Position numbers and translations under genes: made by a program. Of a stretch of DNA of 64,000 nucleotides, positions 9,734-23,736 are shown piece after piece; the first letter of the stretch is position 1; every line of letters begins with the position of its first letter. The notes under the pieces were generated by a model. The model saw only the letters and a list, made by a program, of their open reading frames with translations. It was not told the DNA's origin and made no database searches. This DNA is from an uncultured delta proteobacterium (GTDB lineage Bacteria > Myxococcota_A > Polyangia > Palsa-1104), in assembly GCA_963785725.1 (NCBI GenBank), contig CAWAWS010000018.1, positions 1 through 64,000 of the forward strand, in the 5' to 3' direction.

Positions 9734-12271
9734 ATGGCGAAAACCGCGATCAAGAAGAAGGCACCCTCGGCCAAGGCACCCGCCAAAGCCAAGAAGGCCG
9801 CGCGTGCGCCCAAGAAGTCCGCGAAGTCTGAAGAGGCCGTCGAGGACGTCACCGACGAGACCGGCGACGAAACCGAAGAAGACGAAGACGAAGACGGGGA
9901 CGACGAAGGCGGCGGTGGCGGCAAGCGCACGAAGGCGCTCGTCGTCGTCGAGTCGCCGGCCAAGGCCAAGACGATCAAGAAGTATTTGGGCGCCGGCTTC
10001 ACCGTCAAGGCGTCGGTCGGCCACGTCATGGACTTGCCGAAGTCCAAGATGGGCGTCGACATCGCCAACGGCTTCAAGCCCGAGTACGTCATCATCCGCG
10101 GCAAGGGCAAGATCATCGCCGAGATCAAGAAGTCGGCGAAGTCGGCCGACATCGTCTACCTCGCGCCCGACCCCGATCGCGAAGGCGAAGCCATCGCCTG
10201 GCATCTCGCCGACGAGATTCGCGGCGTGAACAAGAACATCAAGCGCATCCTCTTCAACGAGATCACGAAGCGCGGCATCACCGAGGCGCTGTCGAAGCCG
10301 GGCGAGATCGATCAGCACAAGTTCGAGTCGCAGCAGGCGCGACGCATCCTCGATCGCCTGGTCGGCTACGAGATCTCGCCGATCTTGTGGAAGAAGGTGC
10401 GGCGCGGGCTGTCGGCCGGTCGCGTGCAGTCGGTCGCGGTGCGCATCATCGTCGAGCGCGAGCGCGAGATCGCGGCGTTCAAGCCGGTCGAGTATTGGAC
10501 GATCGAAGCCGACGTCGAAGGGCATGAGCCGCCGCCGTTCCGCGTGCGACTCGACGAAGATCGACGGGCAAAAGGCCGAGCTCACCAACGGCGAAGACTC
10601 GCGTCGCGTCGTCGAGGAGCTGAAGGCGGCGAAATACGTCGTCGAGAAGGTCGATCGCAAGGAGCGGCGCAAGAATCCGCTGGCGCCGTTCATCACGTCG
10701 CGGCTGCAGCAGGAAGCGGCGCGCAAGCTGCGCTTCACGGCCAAGAAGACGATGGCGCTGGCGCAGCGCTTGTACGAAGGTCTCGACCTCGGCGACGAGG
10801 GCGCGGTCGGTCTCATCACGTACATGCGTACCGACTCGACGCGTCTGTCCGACGACGCGGTGACCGAGGCGCGCGCGTACATCGGCGAGCGTTACGGCAA
10901 GGATTATCTGCCGGACGAGCCGGTGGTCTACAAGACGAAGAAGTCGGCGCAGGACGCGCACGAGGCCATCCGTCCGACGTCGATGCAGTACGATCCCGAG
11001 ACCGTGCGCCGGCATCTGACGGAAGCGGCGGCGGGCAATCAAGAGAAGCTGCACGACGTCGACGACCACGTGCGGCTCTATCAGCTGATTTGGAACCGCT
11101 TCATCGCCTGCCAGATGAAGCCGGCGGTGTACGACCAGACGGCGATCGACATCGCGGCCGCGAAGTACACGCTGCGCGCGAACGGCCAGATCCTGAAGTT
11201 CGCCGGCTACACGGCTGTCTACACCGAGTCGGCGGAAGAGACCGGCGACACCGAAGACGAGGGCGATCGCACGCTGCCGCCGCTGGAAGAGGGCGAGCCG
11301 CTCAAGCTGCACAAGCTCGATCCCGAGCAGCACTTCACGCAGCCGCCGCCGCGCTTCTCGGAAGCCTCGCTGGTCAAGGAGCTGGAGGAGAAGGGCATCG
11401 GCCGGCCGTCGACCTACGCCAAGATCTTGTCGACGATTCAGGATCGCGGCTACGTCGAGAAGAAGGAGTCGCGCTTCCATCCGACGATGCTGGGGACGAA
11501 GGTGAACGATCTCCTCGTCGAGTCGTTCCCCGACATCTTGAACGTCATGTTCACGGCCGACATGGAAGAGGGCTTCGACTCGGTCGAGGAGGGCAAAGGC
11601 GACTGGGTCAAGCTGCTCGGCGACTTCTACTCGCCGTTCAAGCTCGACCTCGACAAGGCGGCCGTCGAAATGCGCGACTTGAAGCGCGAAGAGACGCCGA
11701 CCGACTTCAAGTGCGAGAAGTGCAGTCGCCGATGGTCATCAAGTGGGGTCGCAACGGCGAATTCCTCGCCTGCAGCGGCTATCCCGAGTGCAAGAACACC
11801 AAAGAGTTCCTGCGCAAAGAGGACGGGACGATCGAGATCGCGCCCGAGCCGACGACCGATCAAAAGTGCGAGACCTGCCAGGCGCCGATGTTGGTCAAGC
11901 GCGGCCGTTTCGGCGAGTTCTTGGCCTGCTCGCGCTATCCCGACTGCAAGACGACCAAGCCAATCTCGCTCGGCGTCGCCTGCCCGAAGCCCGATTGCGG
12001 CGGCTTTCTGACCGAGAAGCGCTCGCGTCGCGGCAAGGTGTTCTTCGGCTGCAGCAACTACGCGAAGAAGGGCTGCGACTTCGTCTCCTGGGATCGCCCG
12101 GTGCCGACGCCGTGCCCGCAGTGCAACGCGCCCTTCCTCGTCAAGCGCGAGAACCGTCGCGGCGGCGGCAAGGTCCGCTGCATCGCCCAAGGTTGCGGCT
12201 ACTCCGAAGGCGGCACCGACGAGGCGCCGGACACCGGCGGCGACTCGGGCGGCGACGAGAACGCCGCGTAA
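9734..12271 (+). CDS. topA: DNA topoisomerase I (frameshifts near 10553 and 11724, likely artefacts)
   Basis: [42 protein letters not shown]-terminal C4 zinc ribbons. Confidence 0.96.
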   Translation: MAKTAIKKKAPSAKAPAKAKKAARAPKKSAKSEEAVEDVTDETGDETEEDEDEDGDDEGGGGGKRTKALVVVESPAKAKTIKKYLGAGFTVKASVGHVMDLPKSKMGVDIANGFKPEYVIIRGKGKIIAEIKKSAKSADIVYLAPDPDREGEAIAWHLADEIRGVNKNIKRILFNEITKRGITEALSKPGEIDQHKFESQQARRILDRLVGYEISPILWKKVRRGLSAGRVQSVAVRIIVEREREIAAFKPVEYWTIEADVEGHEPPPFRVRLDEDRRAKGRAHQRRRLASRRRGAEGGEIRRREGRSQGAAQESAGAVHHVAAAAGSGAQAALHGQEDDGAGAALVRRSRPRRRGRGRSHHVHAYRLDASVRRRGDRGARVHRRALRQGLSAGRAGGLQDEEVGAGRARGHPSDVDAVRSRDRAPASDGSGGGQSREAARRRRPRAALSADLEPLHRLPDEAGGVRPDGDRHRGREVHAARERPDPEVRRLHGCLHRVGGRDRRHRRRGRSHAAAAGRGRAAQAAQARSRAALHAAAAALLGSLAGQGAGGEGHRPAVDLRQDLVDDSGSRLRREEGVALPSDDAGDEGERSPRRVVPRHLERHVHGRHGRGLRLGRGGQRRLGQAARRLLLAVQARPRQGGRRNARLEARRDADRLQVREVQSPMVIKWGRNGEFLACSGYPECKNTKEFLRKEDGTIEIAPEPTTDQKCETCQAPMLVKRGRFGEFLACSRYPDCKTTKPISLGVACPKPDCGGFLTEKRSRRGKVFFGCSNYAKKGCDFVSWDRPVPTPCPQCNAPFLVKRENRRGGGKVRCIAQGCGYSEGGTDEAPDTGGDSGGDENAA

Positions 12272-12286
12272 CGCGAGATCTCGAGC

Positions 12287-13600
12287 ATGTTTTCAGCGGA
12301 CGCGATCGTCATCGGCGGCGGGCTGGCCGGCTGTGAAGCGGCCTGGCAGCTCGCGCGCCGCGGCTTGAAGGTGTCGCTCATCGAGCAGAAGCCGGCGCGC
12401 ATCTCGCCGGCACACACGACGCCGCTTCTGGCCGAGCTCGTCTGCTCGAACTCGCTGCGCTCCGACGACGCCAACACGCCTGCCGGGCTCTTGAAGGCCG
12501 AGCTGCGGCGCGCGCAGTCGCTCATCCTCGAATGCGCCGACGCGACGCGGGTGCCGGCGGGCGAGGCGCTGGCCGTCGATCGCAATGCTTTTTCGCGGCT
12601 GGTGACGACGCGGCTAGCGCTCGCGCCCAACGTGCGCATCGAGCGGCGGCCGGCCGAAGATCTGCCGGAGTCGGGCACGCCGGTCATCGTCGCCGGCGGT
12701 CCGCTCGTCGGCGGCGGCCTGGCGCAGCGCGTGCGGCGCCTGTGCGGCGATCGCTTCTACTTTTACGACGCCATCGCGCCCATCGTCGACGCCGACACGA
12801 TCGACTGGGCGCACGCCTTTCGCGGCTCACGCTGGAACAAGGGCGACTCCGACGACGGCGACTACGTCAACTGCCCGCTCTCGGACGAGCAATATCGCGA
12901 GTTCGTGAGCGCGCTGCGCACCGGCGGAAAAGTGCCGCCCAAAGCGTTCGAGGAGCCGCAATACTTCGAGGGCTGCCTGCCGATCGAGGTGATGGCCGAT
13001 CGCGGCGACGAGGTGCTCGCTTTCGGACCGATGAAGCCGGTCGGCCTCGACACCGACGCGCACGCCGTCGTGCAGCTGCGCGCCGAGAACCGCTACTCGA
13101 CGAGCTACAACCTGGTCGGCTTTCAGACGCGGCTGACCTATCCCGAGCAAAAGCGCATCTTCGCCATGATCCCGGCGCTGCAGACGGCCGAGTTCCTGCG
13201 CTACGGCTCGATCCATCGCAACTCGTACATCGAGTCGTGGCGGCTGCTGGGCTCGGAGCTGGAGCTCAAAGCGGCGCCGCACGTGCGTTTCGCGGGGCAA
13301 ATCACCGGCGTCGAGGGCTACATCGAGTCGACGGCGATGGGGCTCTTGGCCGCGCTGTTCGTGCACGGTCGCGCCATCGGCAAGCCGACACCGGCGCCGC
13401 CGGCCGAGACGGCGTTCGGCGCGCTCTACCACCACTTGATGCGCCCGCGCGAAGTGGGCGAGCCGTTTTCGCCGACGAACATCAACTTCGGGCTCCTGCC
13501 GCCGCTCAACGCCCGCGCCCGCAAACGCGAACGCCGCGCGTTGCACGCCGCGCGCGCCGCCGAAGCGCTCGGCCCGTGGCTCACCGCCGTCGCCAGCTAA
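12287..13600 (+). CDS. trmFO: tRNA (uracil-5-)-methyltransferase TrmFO
   Basis: IGGGLAGCEAA, ELVCSNS, YDAIAP, FEGCLPIE, GPMKPVGL, GQITGVEGY. Confidence 0.96.
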   Translation: MFSADAIVIGGGLAGCEAAWQLARRGLKVSLIEQKPARISPAHTTPLLAELVCSNSLRSDDANTPAGLLKAELRRAQSLILECADATRVPAGEALAVDRNAFSRLVTTRLALAPNVRIERRPAEDLPESGTPVIVAGGPLVGGGLAQRVRRLCGDRFYFYDAIAPIVDADTIDWAHAFRGSRWNKGDSDDGDYVNCPLSDEQYREFVSALRTGGKVPPKAFEEPQYFEGCLPIEVMADRGDEVLAFGPMKPVGLDTDAHAVVQLRAENRYSTSYNLVGFQTRLTYPEQKRIFAMIPALQTAEFLRYGSIHRNSYIESWRLLGSELELKAAPHVRFAGQITGVEGYIESTAMGLLAALFVHGRAIGKPTPAPPAETAFGALYHHLMRPREVGEPFSPTNINFGLLPPLNARARKRERRALHAARAAEALGPWLTAVAS

Positions 13601-13727
13601 GCGGCTGATCTTCCGCATCTCTGCCGTACCTTTGGCGACATCGAGTCCGGCCGCGTCATCGCACAGCGAGGTGGGATCTGCGCCGATGGTGCACGAAACA
13701 GCGGAGCGGTGGTATCCTGTGCGGGTA

Positions 13728-15005
13728 ATGCGTGGTTTTGTTCTGCTCGCCTTGACAGCATTTGCTGCCGTGGGCTGCGCTGCGGATTGTCTGCAGTCGG
13801 CCGACGTGCAAGTCATGGTCGTTCCTGATGTCACCGTCTCGGCAGCGGTCGCGATGTTGAAGGTGAACATCCAGGTCGGCGACGGCGCCGTCGTCACCGC
13901 GTCCACCATCCCGGTCAATCCCAACAGTCTACCGTCGAGCGGCGCCGCGTTCGTGCTGCGGCCGAAGACGGCGCCGACTGAGCCGTACACGTTGCGCGTC
14001 ACCGTCTACGGTCAGGACGCGAACGCCACCGTCATGGCGCTCGGCTCGGGCTCGACGACGGTGCAACCGAAGGGCTGTAACCACATCTCCATTCAGCTGA
14101 CGGCGCTCGGCGTCTTCGGGCAGATGCCCGACCTGAGCTCGGCCGGCGGCGGTGGCGGCGGCGGCGGCGGTGGTGGCGGCACCTTGACCGGCGACCTCTC
14201 GATGAGCATGGGACCGGATCTCGCCAACTGCATCGGCGGCACGCCCGACGAGGATTCCGATCAGCGCAGCGACTCCTGCGACTTGTGCCCGGCCGATCCC
14301 GAGCCGAACGGCCCGGTCGACAGCGACGGCGACGGCCTGCCCGATCAGTGCGATCCCAACCCGACGACGCCGGGCAATCGCAACCTGTACTTCGAGCCCT
14401 TCAACGTCGACATCGGCCATTGGTCGGGCGGCTTTCCCATCGGTCCGGTGAGCCAGAGCTTGCTCGATCTCGACGCGAGCAACAGCGCCACGCCGCTCTT
14501 CAGCGGCAACTTCGTCGACGGCTTGCCCGTCAACGTGCGCCTCGAGTCGTGGCTCTTTTTCGAGCCGCGCCAGGGCGTCAACAACTTCGACGGCGGCATC
14601 TTCTTGGGCGACATCGGCACCTCGCCCGTCGCCACCCCCAACAACGGCATCTACTGCGTCGTGCAGGCAGCCTCGAACGGGCGCGGCACGACGAACACGC
14701 TGACCGTGCAGCTGCAGGTCGACGGCACCGGCACGACCGGCCAGTCCAAGCAGATCACCCAGGATCAGTCGCTACAGAACGAGAACATCCGGCTGCGGCT
14801 GACGCAGACCGGCGGCGGAAACATGTACACCTGCGAAATGGCCGTGCAAGGCACCGCCGACACCATTCCGACCGTCGCTGCCAGCGTCACCTTCACGCTG
14901 CCCGCGGGAAATCCGCCGCCGGTCGGGCCCCAGTACATCCTGTTACGCGCCAATAACATGGATGTGCACTTCCACTCGGTCGTCGCCGAGACGGCGCTGC
15001 CGTAG
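13728..15005 (+). CDS. Putative lipoprotein with poly-Gly linker and thrombospondin type 3-like Ca-binding repeats
   Basis: MRGFVLLALTAFAAVGC lipobox-like signal; DEDSDQRSDSCDLCP and DSDGDGLPDQCDP; beta-rich C-terminal domain. Confidence 0.7.
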   Translation: MRGFVLLALTAFAAVGCAADCLQSADVQVMVVPDVTVSAAVAMLKVNIQVGDGAVVTASTIPVNPNSLPSSGAAFVLRPKTAPTEPYTLRVTVYGQDANATVMALGSGSTTVQPKGCNHISIQLTALGVFGQMPDLSSAGGGGGGGGGGGGTLTGDLSMSMGPDLANCIGGTPDEDSDQRSDSCDLCPADPEPNGPVDSDGDGLPDQCDPNPTTPGNRNLYFEPFNVDIGHWSGGFPIGPVSQSLLDLDASNSATPLFSGNFVDGLPVNVRLESWLFFEPRQGVNNFDGGIFLGDIGTSPVATPNNGIYCVVQAASNGRGTTNTLTVQLQVDGTGTTGQSKQITQDQSLQNENIRLRLTQTGGGNMYTCEMAVQGTADTIPTVAASVTFTLPAGNPPPVGPQYILLRANNMDVHFHSVVAETALP

Positions 15006-15020
15006 TAGACTAGGCGGACG

Positions 15021-16727
15021 GTGGCTTTGCAGACGTCTCCGTCGTCAGCTGTCGGCACCCTGCTGAACGGCACCTACCGCGTCGATCGTGTCATCGCCGA
15101 GGGTGGGATGGGTGTCGTCTACGAGACCCAGCACGTCCGTCTGCCGCGTCGTTTCGCCGTCAAGATCCTCGCCAAGCCGGTCGACTCGGAGACGACGCCG
15201 ACGTTGGCGCGCTTCCGTCGCGAGGCCGAGATCGCGTCGACCTTGGCGCATCCGCACATCGTCGAGGTCTTCGACTACCAGGTGGCCGAGTCGGGCGCGC
15301 CCTATCTCGTCATGGAGCTGCTCGAAGGCGAAGATCTGGCCGATCGCCTAAAGCGCGTCGGACGCATCGGCGCGGCGGCGGCGATTCGCATCATCGAGGA
15401 GATCGCGCAGGCGCTCGATGTCGCGCACACGGGCGGCGTCGTGCATCGCGACTTGAAGCCGGCGAACATCTTCTTGGCGCGGCGGCAAGGGCGCGAAGAC
15501 TTCGTCAAAGTGCTCGATTTCGGCGTGTCCAAGCTCATCGACTCGGCGACGCTGACGCAAGAGAAGGCGATGGTCGGCACGCCCTTGTACATGTCGCCGG
15601 AGCAGGCGGTCGGCACGCAGGAGCTGACGCCGGAGTCGGACATCTTCTCGTTGGGCGCGATCTCGTACGAGATGCTGACCGGACGGCGCGCCTTCGCGGC
15701 CTCGTCGATTCCGTCGATTCTGTATCAGATCGTGCACGGGCCGACGCCGAAGCTGGCCGGCAAGGCGGCGGGGCTGAGCGTCGCCGTCGACGAAGTGTTC
15801 GCGCGCGTGCTGTGCAAGAAGAAGGTCGATCGCTACAAGCGCGCCAGCCAGTTCGCCGAGGATCTGCGGCAGGCGCTCGGGCGCGGCGAGGCTGAGCGTT
15901 CGGGCCCGTCGCTGGCGTTCAGCGACGAGGGCTTGGCGGCGCTGGCGGCGGGCGCCGATCGCTCCAACGTCATCCACGTCGGCAACAGCGGCGAGATGAC
16001 CGTGCACGGCAACGACACCGAGGTCGACTCGTCGACGAAGGCCGGCGACGCGCTCGTGCAGGCGGCGCGCTCGTCGGCGACGGCGTCGCGGCCGCGCACG
16101 CCCAGCGTCGTCGTCGCGCTGCCGCCCGGCGAGAGCGGCGAGGCGGCCGAGTTCGGGCGTTCGTACACGGATCTGCTGCGGCCGAGCCCGTGGCGCAAGC
16201 TGTTCTGGCTCGGCGTCGTCGCCGGCCTGCTCGGCGGCGGCGGTGGCGCGGTCTATCGCTACGCCATGCGGCCGGCGCCCATCGTCGAGCCGCCGCCGGC
16301 GCCGCTGCCGGTGTCGACGCCGCTGCATCCCGACGAAGCCAAAGCGGCCGAGGCCAAGGCGGCGCAGAACGAGGCCGAGCCCGTCGATCCGACCTCGCCG
16401 TCGCAGCAAGGGCCGATGAAGCCGCAGTTCGAGCCCGAGTCGATCGCGCAGCACGAGCCGGTCCAGTTCACTTTTCACGTTTGGCCGCGCGGGGCCGAGA
16501 TCCTCGTCGACGACAAGAAGGTCGAGTCCAACCGCTTGACGCTGCATTACGACCGCCATCCGCATAACGTGATCGTGCGCGCGCCCGGCTATCACACGCT
16601 CACGTTGACCGCGCCCTCGACGGCGAATCGCACGTTCGAGCTGCGCATGGATCGCATCGTCGTGCGCACGAAGAAGGCCGCGCCGCAGCGGCCGGCGCAC
16701 GACGCCGCTCCGGTACAGGACCTGTGA
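15021..16727 (+). CDS. Membrane Ser/Thr protein kinase with C-terminal PEGA-like domain
   Basis: GGMGVVY, AVK, HRDLKPAN, DFG, GTPLYMSPEQ, one TM, PRGAEILVDD...RAPGY. Confidence 0.93.
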   Translation: MALQTSPSSAVGTLLNGTYRVDRVIAEGGMGVVYETQHVRLPRRFAVKILAKPVDSETTPTLARFRREAEIASTLAHPHIVEVFDYQVAESGAPYLVMELLEGEDLADRLKRVGRIGAAAAIRIIEEIAQALDVAHTGGVVHRDLKPANIFLARRQGREDFVKVLDFGVSKLIDSATLTQEKAMVGTPLYMSPEQAVGTQELTPESDIFSLGAISYEMLTGRRAFAASSIPSILYQIVHGPTPKLAGKAAGLSVAVDEVFARVLCKKKVDRYKRASQFAEDLRQALGRGEAERSGPSLAFSDEGLAALAAGADRSNVIHVGNSGEMTVHGNDTEVDSSTKAGDALVQAARSSATASRPRTPSVVVALPPGESGEAAEFGRSYTDLLRPSPWRKLFWLGVVAGLLGGGGGAVYRYAMRPAPIVEPPPAPLPVSTPLHPDEAKAAEAKAAQNEAEPVDPTSPSQQGPMKPQFEPESIAQHEPVQFTFHVWPRGAEILVDDKKVESNRLTLHYDRHPHNVIVRAPGYHTLTLTAPSTANRTFELRMDRIVVRTKKAAPQRPAHDAAPVQDL

Positions 16728-17488
16728 TTCGCGCGCTGGCGGGCTTCTTCGCGCTGTCGGTCTGTTTCGCGTGCGCGCCGGCGGCGGCCGACGAGGAGTC
16801 GCCGGAGAAGGCGCAGGCGCGCGTCCTGTTGTCGCAAGGCAACGCGCTCTTCGAGCGTGGCGATCTGCGCGGCGCGCTGGCCGATTTCCGCGCGGCCTAC
16901 GCGCTCTATCCGAGCCCGAAGCTGCTCATCAACGCGGCGGCGGCGGCACGCGAGCTCGGCGACTTGGCGGCGGCGGCCACCGATCTGCGCCACTTTCTCG
17001 ACGACGCCACCGACGAAGAGGGCGCGCTCGTCGACAAGGCGCGCGGCGATCTGAAGGGGCTCGAGCGCCGCGTCGGTCGCGTCGGCCTGGCGCGCTGGCC
17101 GGCGCGCTCGACGCTGGAGATCGACGGCCGCGCGACGCGCGATCCGACCTACGTCAAGCCGGGCACGCACACGCTGCGCGGGCGCACGGCGTCGGGCATC
17201 GAGGAGACGGTCGACGTCGACGTGGCCGCGGGTGAGTCTGTCGATCTGGCGGTGCCGGCGGGCGCCGAGCTGACGGCGGCGGTGGCGCGTCCGGTGGAGC
17301 CGACGACGCACGCGGTCATCGTCAAGAAGCACGAGCGCGCGGCCTGGGTCGTGCCGGTGGCGGTGGTGACGGCGATCCTCGTCGCCGGCGGCGTCACGGC
17401 GGCGGTCGTGTTCGGCACGCGTCCGGCGCCGCAGCCGCTGACGGGCAAGCTCGGCGTCATCTCGTACACGCTCCCGATCTCCTTCTAG
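16724..17488 (+). CDS. TPR + PEGA-like exported protein with C-terminal TM
   Basis: Signal peptide; GNALFERGD...AYALYPSPKLLIN; PGTHTL; GTGA overlap with the kinase. Confidence 0.7.
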   Translation: MIRALAGFFALSVCFACAPAAADEESPEKAQARVLLSQGNALFERGDLRGALADFRAAYALYPSPKLLINAAAAARELGDLAAAATDLRHFLDDATDEEGALVDKARGDLKGLERRVGRVGLARWPARSTLEIDGRATRDPTYVKPGTHTLRGRTASGIEETVDVDVAAGESVDLAVPAGAELTAAVARPVEPTTHAVIVKKHERAAWVVPVAVVTAILVAGGVTAAVVFGTRPAPQPLTGKLGVISYTLPISF

Positions 17489-17554
17489 CGCCTGAGCCAG
17501 CGACGGCAGACGGCGAATGTCGCGCGCTCGGCCGATGCGACGTACGATCGGCGC

Positions 17555-18490
17555 ATGCAGGAGCTGATCGCGCGGTTTCGCAGCTATTTGTCGACGGAGA
17601 AGCGGGCGTCGCCGCATACCGTGCGCAACTACTTGCTCAACGTCGAGCAGCTGGCCGAGTTCATGCGCCAAAAGGGTCGCGGCGACAAGCCGGGCGCGGT
17701 TGACATCATGCTGCTGCGTTCTTACCTTGCGTCGTTGTTCGCGGCCAACGAGCCGGCGACGATTTCGCGCAAGCTGTCGGCGATTCGCGCTTTCTTACGC
17801 TTCTTGCGGCGCGAGCACGTCATCGAGGAGAACGTCGCCATGCTGGTGCGGCCGCCGAAAGCGGGGAAGACGCTGCCGTCGTTCCTGACGCCGGACGACG
17901 CGGGCGCGCTCATGGAGTCGCCGCTCAAGCCGCCCGTCGCCATCGCCGAGACGAGCCCGACGAAAGCGCCGGGCCCGCGCGATTGGCGCGACGCGGCGAT
18001 CTTCGAGGTCCTCTACGGCTGTGGGCTGCGCGTCTCGGAGTGCGTCGGCCTCGACCTCGTCGACCTCGAGCGCGACAGCGTGCGCGTGCGCAGCGGCAAA
18101 GGGCGCAAAGATCGCGTCGTGCCGCTCGGCGACAAGGCGCGGCTGGCGCTCGACCGCTGGCTGGCCGCGCGCGGCACGCTCGAGCCGACGTCGGACGCGC
18201 TCTTCGTCAACGCGCGCGGCGGCCGCGTGACGGCGCGCTCGGTGCGCCGCTTCCTCGACGGGCACGCGCACGCCGCCGAGCTGCCCAAGACCCATCCGCA
18301 CGCGTTACGCCACTCGTACGCGACGCATCTATTGTCGTCGGGCGCCGATCTGCGTGCCATCCAAGAGCTGCTCGGTCACGCTTCGTTGTCGACGACGTCT
18401 CGCTACGCGCACGTCGATTTTCAGTATCTCGCCAAAGCCTACGCGAGCCATCCGCACGCGGGAGACGCATTCAAAGTGGAAAAGAAATGA
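17555..18490 (+). CDS. xerC: Tyrosine recombinase XerC
   Basis: [35 protein letters not shown]...Y; topA-trmFO-xerC-hslVU context. Confidence 0.9.
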   Translation: MQELIARFRSYLSTEKRASPHTVRNYLLNVEQLAEFMRQKGRGDKPGAVDIMLLRSYLASLFAANEPATISRKLSAIRAFLRFLRREHVIEENVAMLVRPPKAGKTLPSFLTPDDAGALMESPLKPPVAIAETSPTKAPGPRDWRDAAIFEVLYGCGLRVSECVGLDLVDLERDSVRVRSGKGRKDRVVPLGDKARLALDRWLAARGTLEPTSDALFVNARGGRVTARSVRRFLDGHAHAAELPKTHPHALRHSYATHLLSSGADLRAIQELLGHASLSTTSRYAHVDFQYLAKAYASHPHAGDAFKVEKK

Positions 18491-19040
18491 AGCGCCAACA
18501 CGAGGAAGACAGGATTCGCTCGACGACGATCTTGAGCGTGCGCCGCGACGGCAAGACCGTGGTCGCCGGCGACGGGCAGGTCTCGCTCGGCAACACCGTC
18601 ATGAAGGCGAACGCCAAGAAAGTGCGCCGCATGCACGACGGCAAGGTCATCGCCGGCTTCGCCGGCTCGGCCGCCGACGGCATCGCGCTGTTCGAGCGGC
18701 TCGAGGCGAAGCTGAAGGAGTCGAGCGGCGAACCTGACGCGCGCCGCGGTCGATCTGGCCAAGGAGTGGCGCACCGACCGCGTGTTGCGCCGGCTGGAGG
18801 CGCTGCTCGTCGTCGCCGATTCCGAGCGCACCTTCTTGCTCACCGGCACCGGCGACGTCATCGAGCCCGACGACGGCGTCGTCGCCATCGGCTCGGGCGG
18901 GCCGTTACGCGCTCGCCGCCGCCCGCGCGCTGATCGACACGACGACGCTGTCGGCGCGCGAGATCGCCGAGAGGGCGCTGCGCATCGCCGCCGAGATCTG
19001 CATCTACACCAACACCAACCTCACGATCGAGGAGCTCTAG
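18487..19040 (+). CDS. hslV: ATP-dependent protease subunit HslV (+1 frameshifts near 18730 and 18905)
   Basis: [44 protein letters not shown]. Confidence 0.93.
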
Positions 19041-19093
19041 ATGTCGCCGCAGGCGCTCACTATTGGGGCCCCCCTGGGGGGGGAATCGTAATC

Positions 19094-20510
<1,417 letters not shown>

Positions 20511-20660
20511 CGCGAGTCGTGTGGCTGTCCGCGCTCGCTCGTGCCGCCGCTGACCGCTGATGCGGACGAGGCCGCCCGGCAACTGTTGGAAGAGCAGTCG
20601 GAGCGCGGTCGACGCCGACGGGCGTTGCTTGCGCGGCCAGCGGTGGTACAGTCGCGCGTC

Positions 20661-21539
20661 GTGAGTGAAAGCCGGCTGTCGCCTGTCGAGAAGGCGTCCG
20701 TTCTCGTCGAGGCGCTACCCTACATCCAGAAGTTTCGCGGCAAGACCATCGTCGTCAAGTACGGCGGTCACGCCATGGACGATCCCAAGCTGCGCGAGAG
20801 CTTCTGCCGCGACGTCGTGCTGCTCAAGCTCGTCGGGCTGCATCCGGTCATCGTACACGGCGGCGGCCCGCAGATCGCCAGCATGCTCGAGCGGCTCGGC
20901 GTGCAGTCGCGCTTCGTGCAAGGCATGCGCATCACCGACGACGAGACCATGCGCGTCGTCGAGATGGTGCTGGCCGGCGGCGTGAACCAAGATCTGGTCA
21001 GCCTCATCAACGTCATCGGCCGCGAAGGACGCGCCGTCGGCCTCTCCGGCCACGACGGCGCCATGGTCGTCGCCCGCCGCATCCAGCGCATCGGCGACGA
21101 CGATCCGGGCCGCGTCGGCGAGATCGTCAGCGTCGACGCCAAGATCATCGAGGGGCTGTCGTCCGACGGCTTCATTCCCGTCGTGGCGCCCATCGCCGTC
21201 GACATCGATGACGGCCGCTCGCTCAACGTCAACGCCGATCCCTTCGCCGCCAAGCTGGCCGCGGCCATGCGCGCCGAGAAGCTCGTCCTTCTGACCGACG
21301 TGCCCGGCGTGCGCGGCGCCGACGGCCACTTGCACTCGACGCTGACCGCGGGCGAGGTCAAGGCGATGATCAAAGCCGGCGTCATCTCCGGCGGCATGAT
21401 CCCCAAAGTGCAGTTCGGCCTCGACGCGCTCGCCGACGGTGTGCGCAAAGTCCACATCCTCGACGGGCGGCAAGATCACGCCGTCCTGCTCGAAGTCTTC
21501 ACCGACACCGGCGTCGGCACCGAGCTGGTCCAAGAGTAA
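20661..21539 (+). CDS. argB: Acetylglutamate kinase
   Basis: EALPYI, VVKYGG, VHGGGPQI, NVNAD, GGMIPKV; GTG start inferred. Confidence 0.95.
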   Translation: MSESRLSPVEKASVLVEALPYIQKFRGKTIVVKYGGHAMDDPKLRESFCRDVVLLKLVGLHPVIVHGGGPQIASMLERLGVQSRFVQGMRITDDETMRVVEMVLAGGVNQDLVSLINVIGREGRAVGLSGHDGAMVVARRIQRIGDDDPGRVGEIVSVDAKIIEGLSSDGFIPVVAPIAVDIDDGRSLNVNADPFAAKLAAAMRAEKLVLLTDVPGVRGADGHLHSTLTAGEVKAMIKAGVISGGMIPKVQFGLDALADGVRKVHILDGRQDHAVLLEVFTDTGVGTELVQE

Positions 21540-21550
21540 GCGGAGCGAAC

Positions 21551-22781
<1,231 letters not shown>

Positions 22782-22790
22782 TGGACCCCG

Positions 22791-23736
22791 ATGCCCAACA
22801 AGACGCGGGATCTGCTGTCGTTGTGGGACCTGGGCGCGGAGGAGATCCGCTCGCTCATGCGCCGCGCGTCCGAGCTCAAGCGCATGCGTCAAGCCGGCCA
22901 GCTGTTTCAGCCGCTCATGGGCAAGACGCTCGGCATGATCTTCGAGAAGGCCTCGACGCGAACGCGCGTGAGCTTCGAAGTCGGCATGTACGAGCTCGGC
23001 GGCCACGCGGTCTACTTGGCCGCGCAGGGCTCGCAGATCGGCCGCGGCGAGCCGCTGCGCGACACGGCGCGCGTGCTCGGCGCCTACTGCCACGGCATCG
23101 TCATCCGCACCTTCGGCCACGACGTCGCCGAGGAGCTGGCTCGCTTCGCGCCCGTCCCCGTCATCAACGGCCTCACCGATCTGTCGCATCCATGTCAGGT
23201 GCTTGGCCGATCTCTTCACGGCCTGGGAGCGGCTCGGCCCGGGCGCGCTCGAGCCCGGCGGCGCCCGCTTCGCCTGGATCGGCGACGGCAACAACATGGC
23301 GCATTCGTGGATCGAGGCCGCAGCCATCTTGGGCCTCGATCTGTCGCTGGCCTGCCCCGAAGGCTACGATCCCGACGCCGGCGTGCTCGCCAAAGCGCGC
23401 AAAGACGCCGATTGGCGCACCAACATCGAAGTGGTGCGTAATCCCACGGACGCGGCGCGCGGTCGCAGCGTGCTGTCGACGGACGTGTGGGCCTCGATGG
23501 GCGAGGAGGGTGAAGCGGCGGCGCGCGTCAAGGACTTCGCCAACTTCACCGTCGACGACAAGCTCCTGCAGCTGGCCGCGCCCGACGTCATCGTCTTGCA
23601 CTGCCTGCCGGCCCATCGCGGCGAGGAGATCACCGAGTCGGTGCTCGAAGGGCCGCACTCGGCCGTGTTCCAGCAGGCGGAGAATCGACTGCACATCCAG
23701 AAGGCGATCCTGGAGCGGCTGCTGTCGCCGAAGTAA
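22791..23736 (+). CDS. argF: Ornithine carbamoyltransferase (+1 frameshift near 23202)
   Basis: STRTR, HPCQ, GDGNN, DVWASMG, HCLPAHRGEE, QAENR. Confidence 0.95.

Noticed and set aside
14144..14180. GGC/GGT microsatellite
   Set aside because: Encodes an in-frame poly-Gly linker; no sign of phase variation.
17555..18490. Tyrosine recombinase as a prophage or island integrase
   Set aside because: Sits in the housekeeping topA-trmFO-xerC-hslVU context; no att sites, tRNA or phage genes seen.
19064..19083. GGGGCCCCCCTGGGGGGGG run between hslV and hslU
   Set aside because: Short homopolymer or hairpin in a spacer with no supportable function; length may be unreliable.
20511..20660. Possible structured leader or riboswitch before argB (CCGCGCTC/GAGCGCGG stem)
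   Set aside because: No recognisable riboswitch motif; a -10 hexamer 8 nt before the argB start argues against a long leader; such stems are common at this GC.
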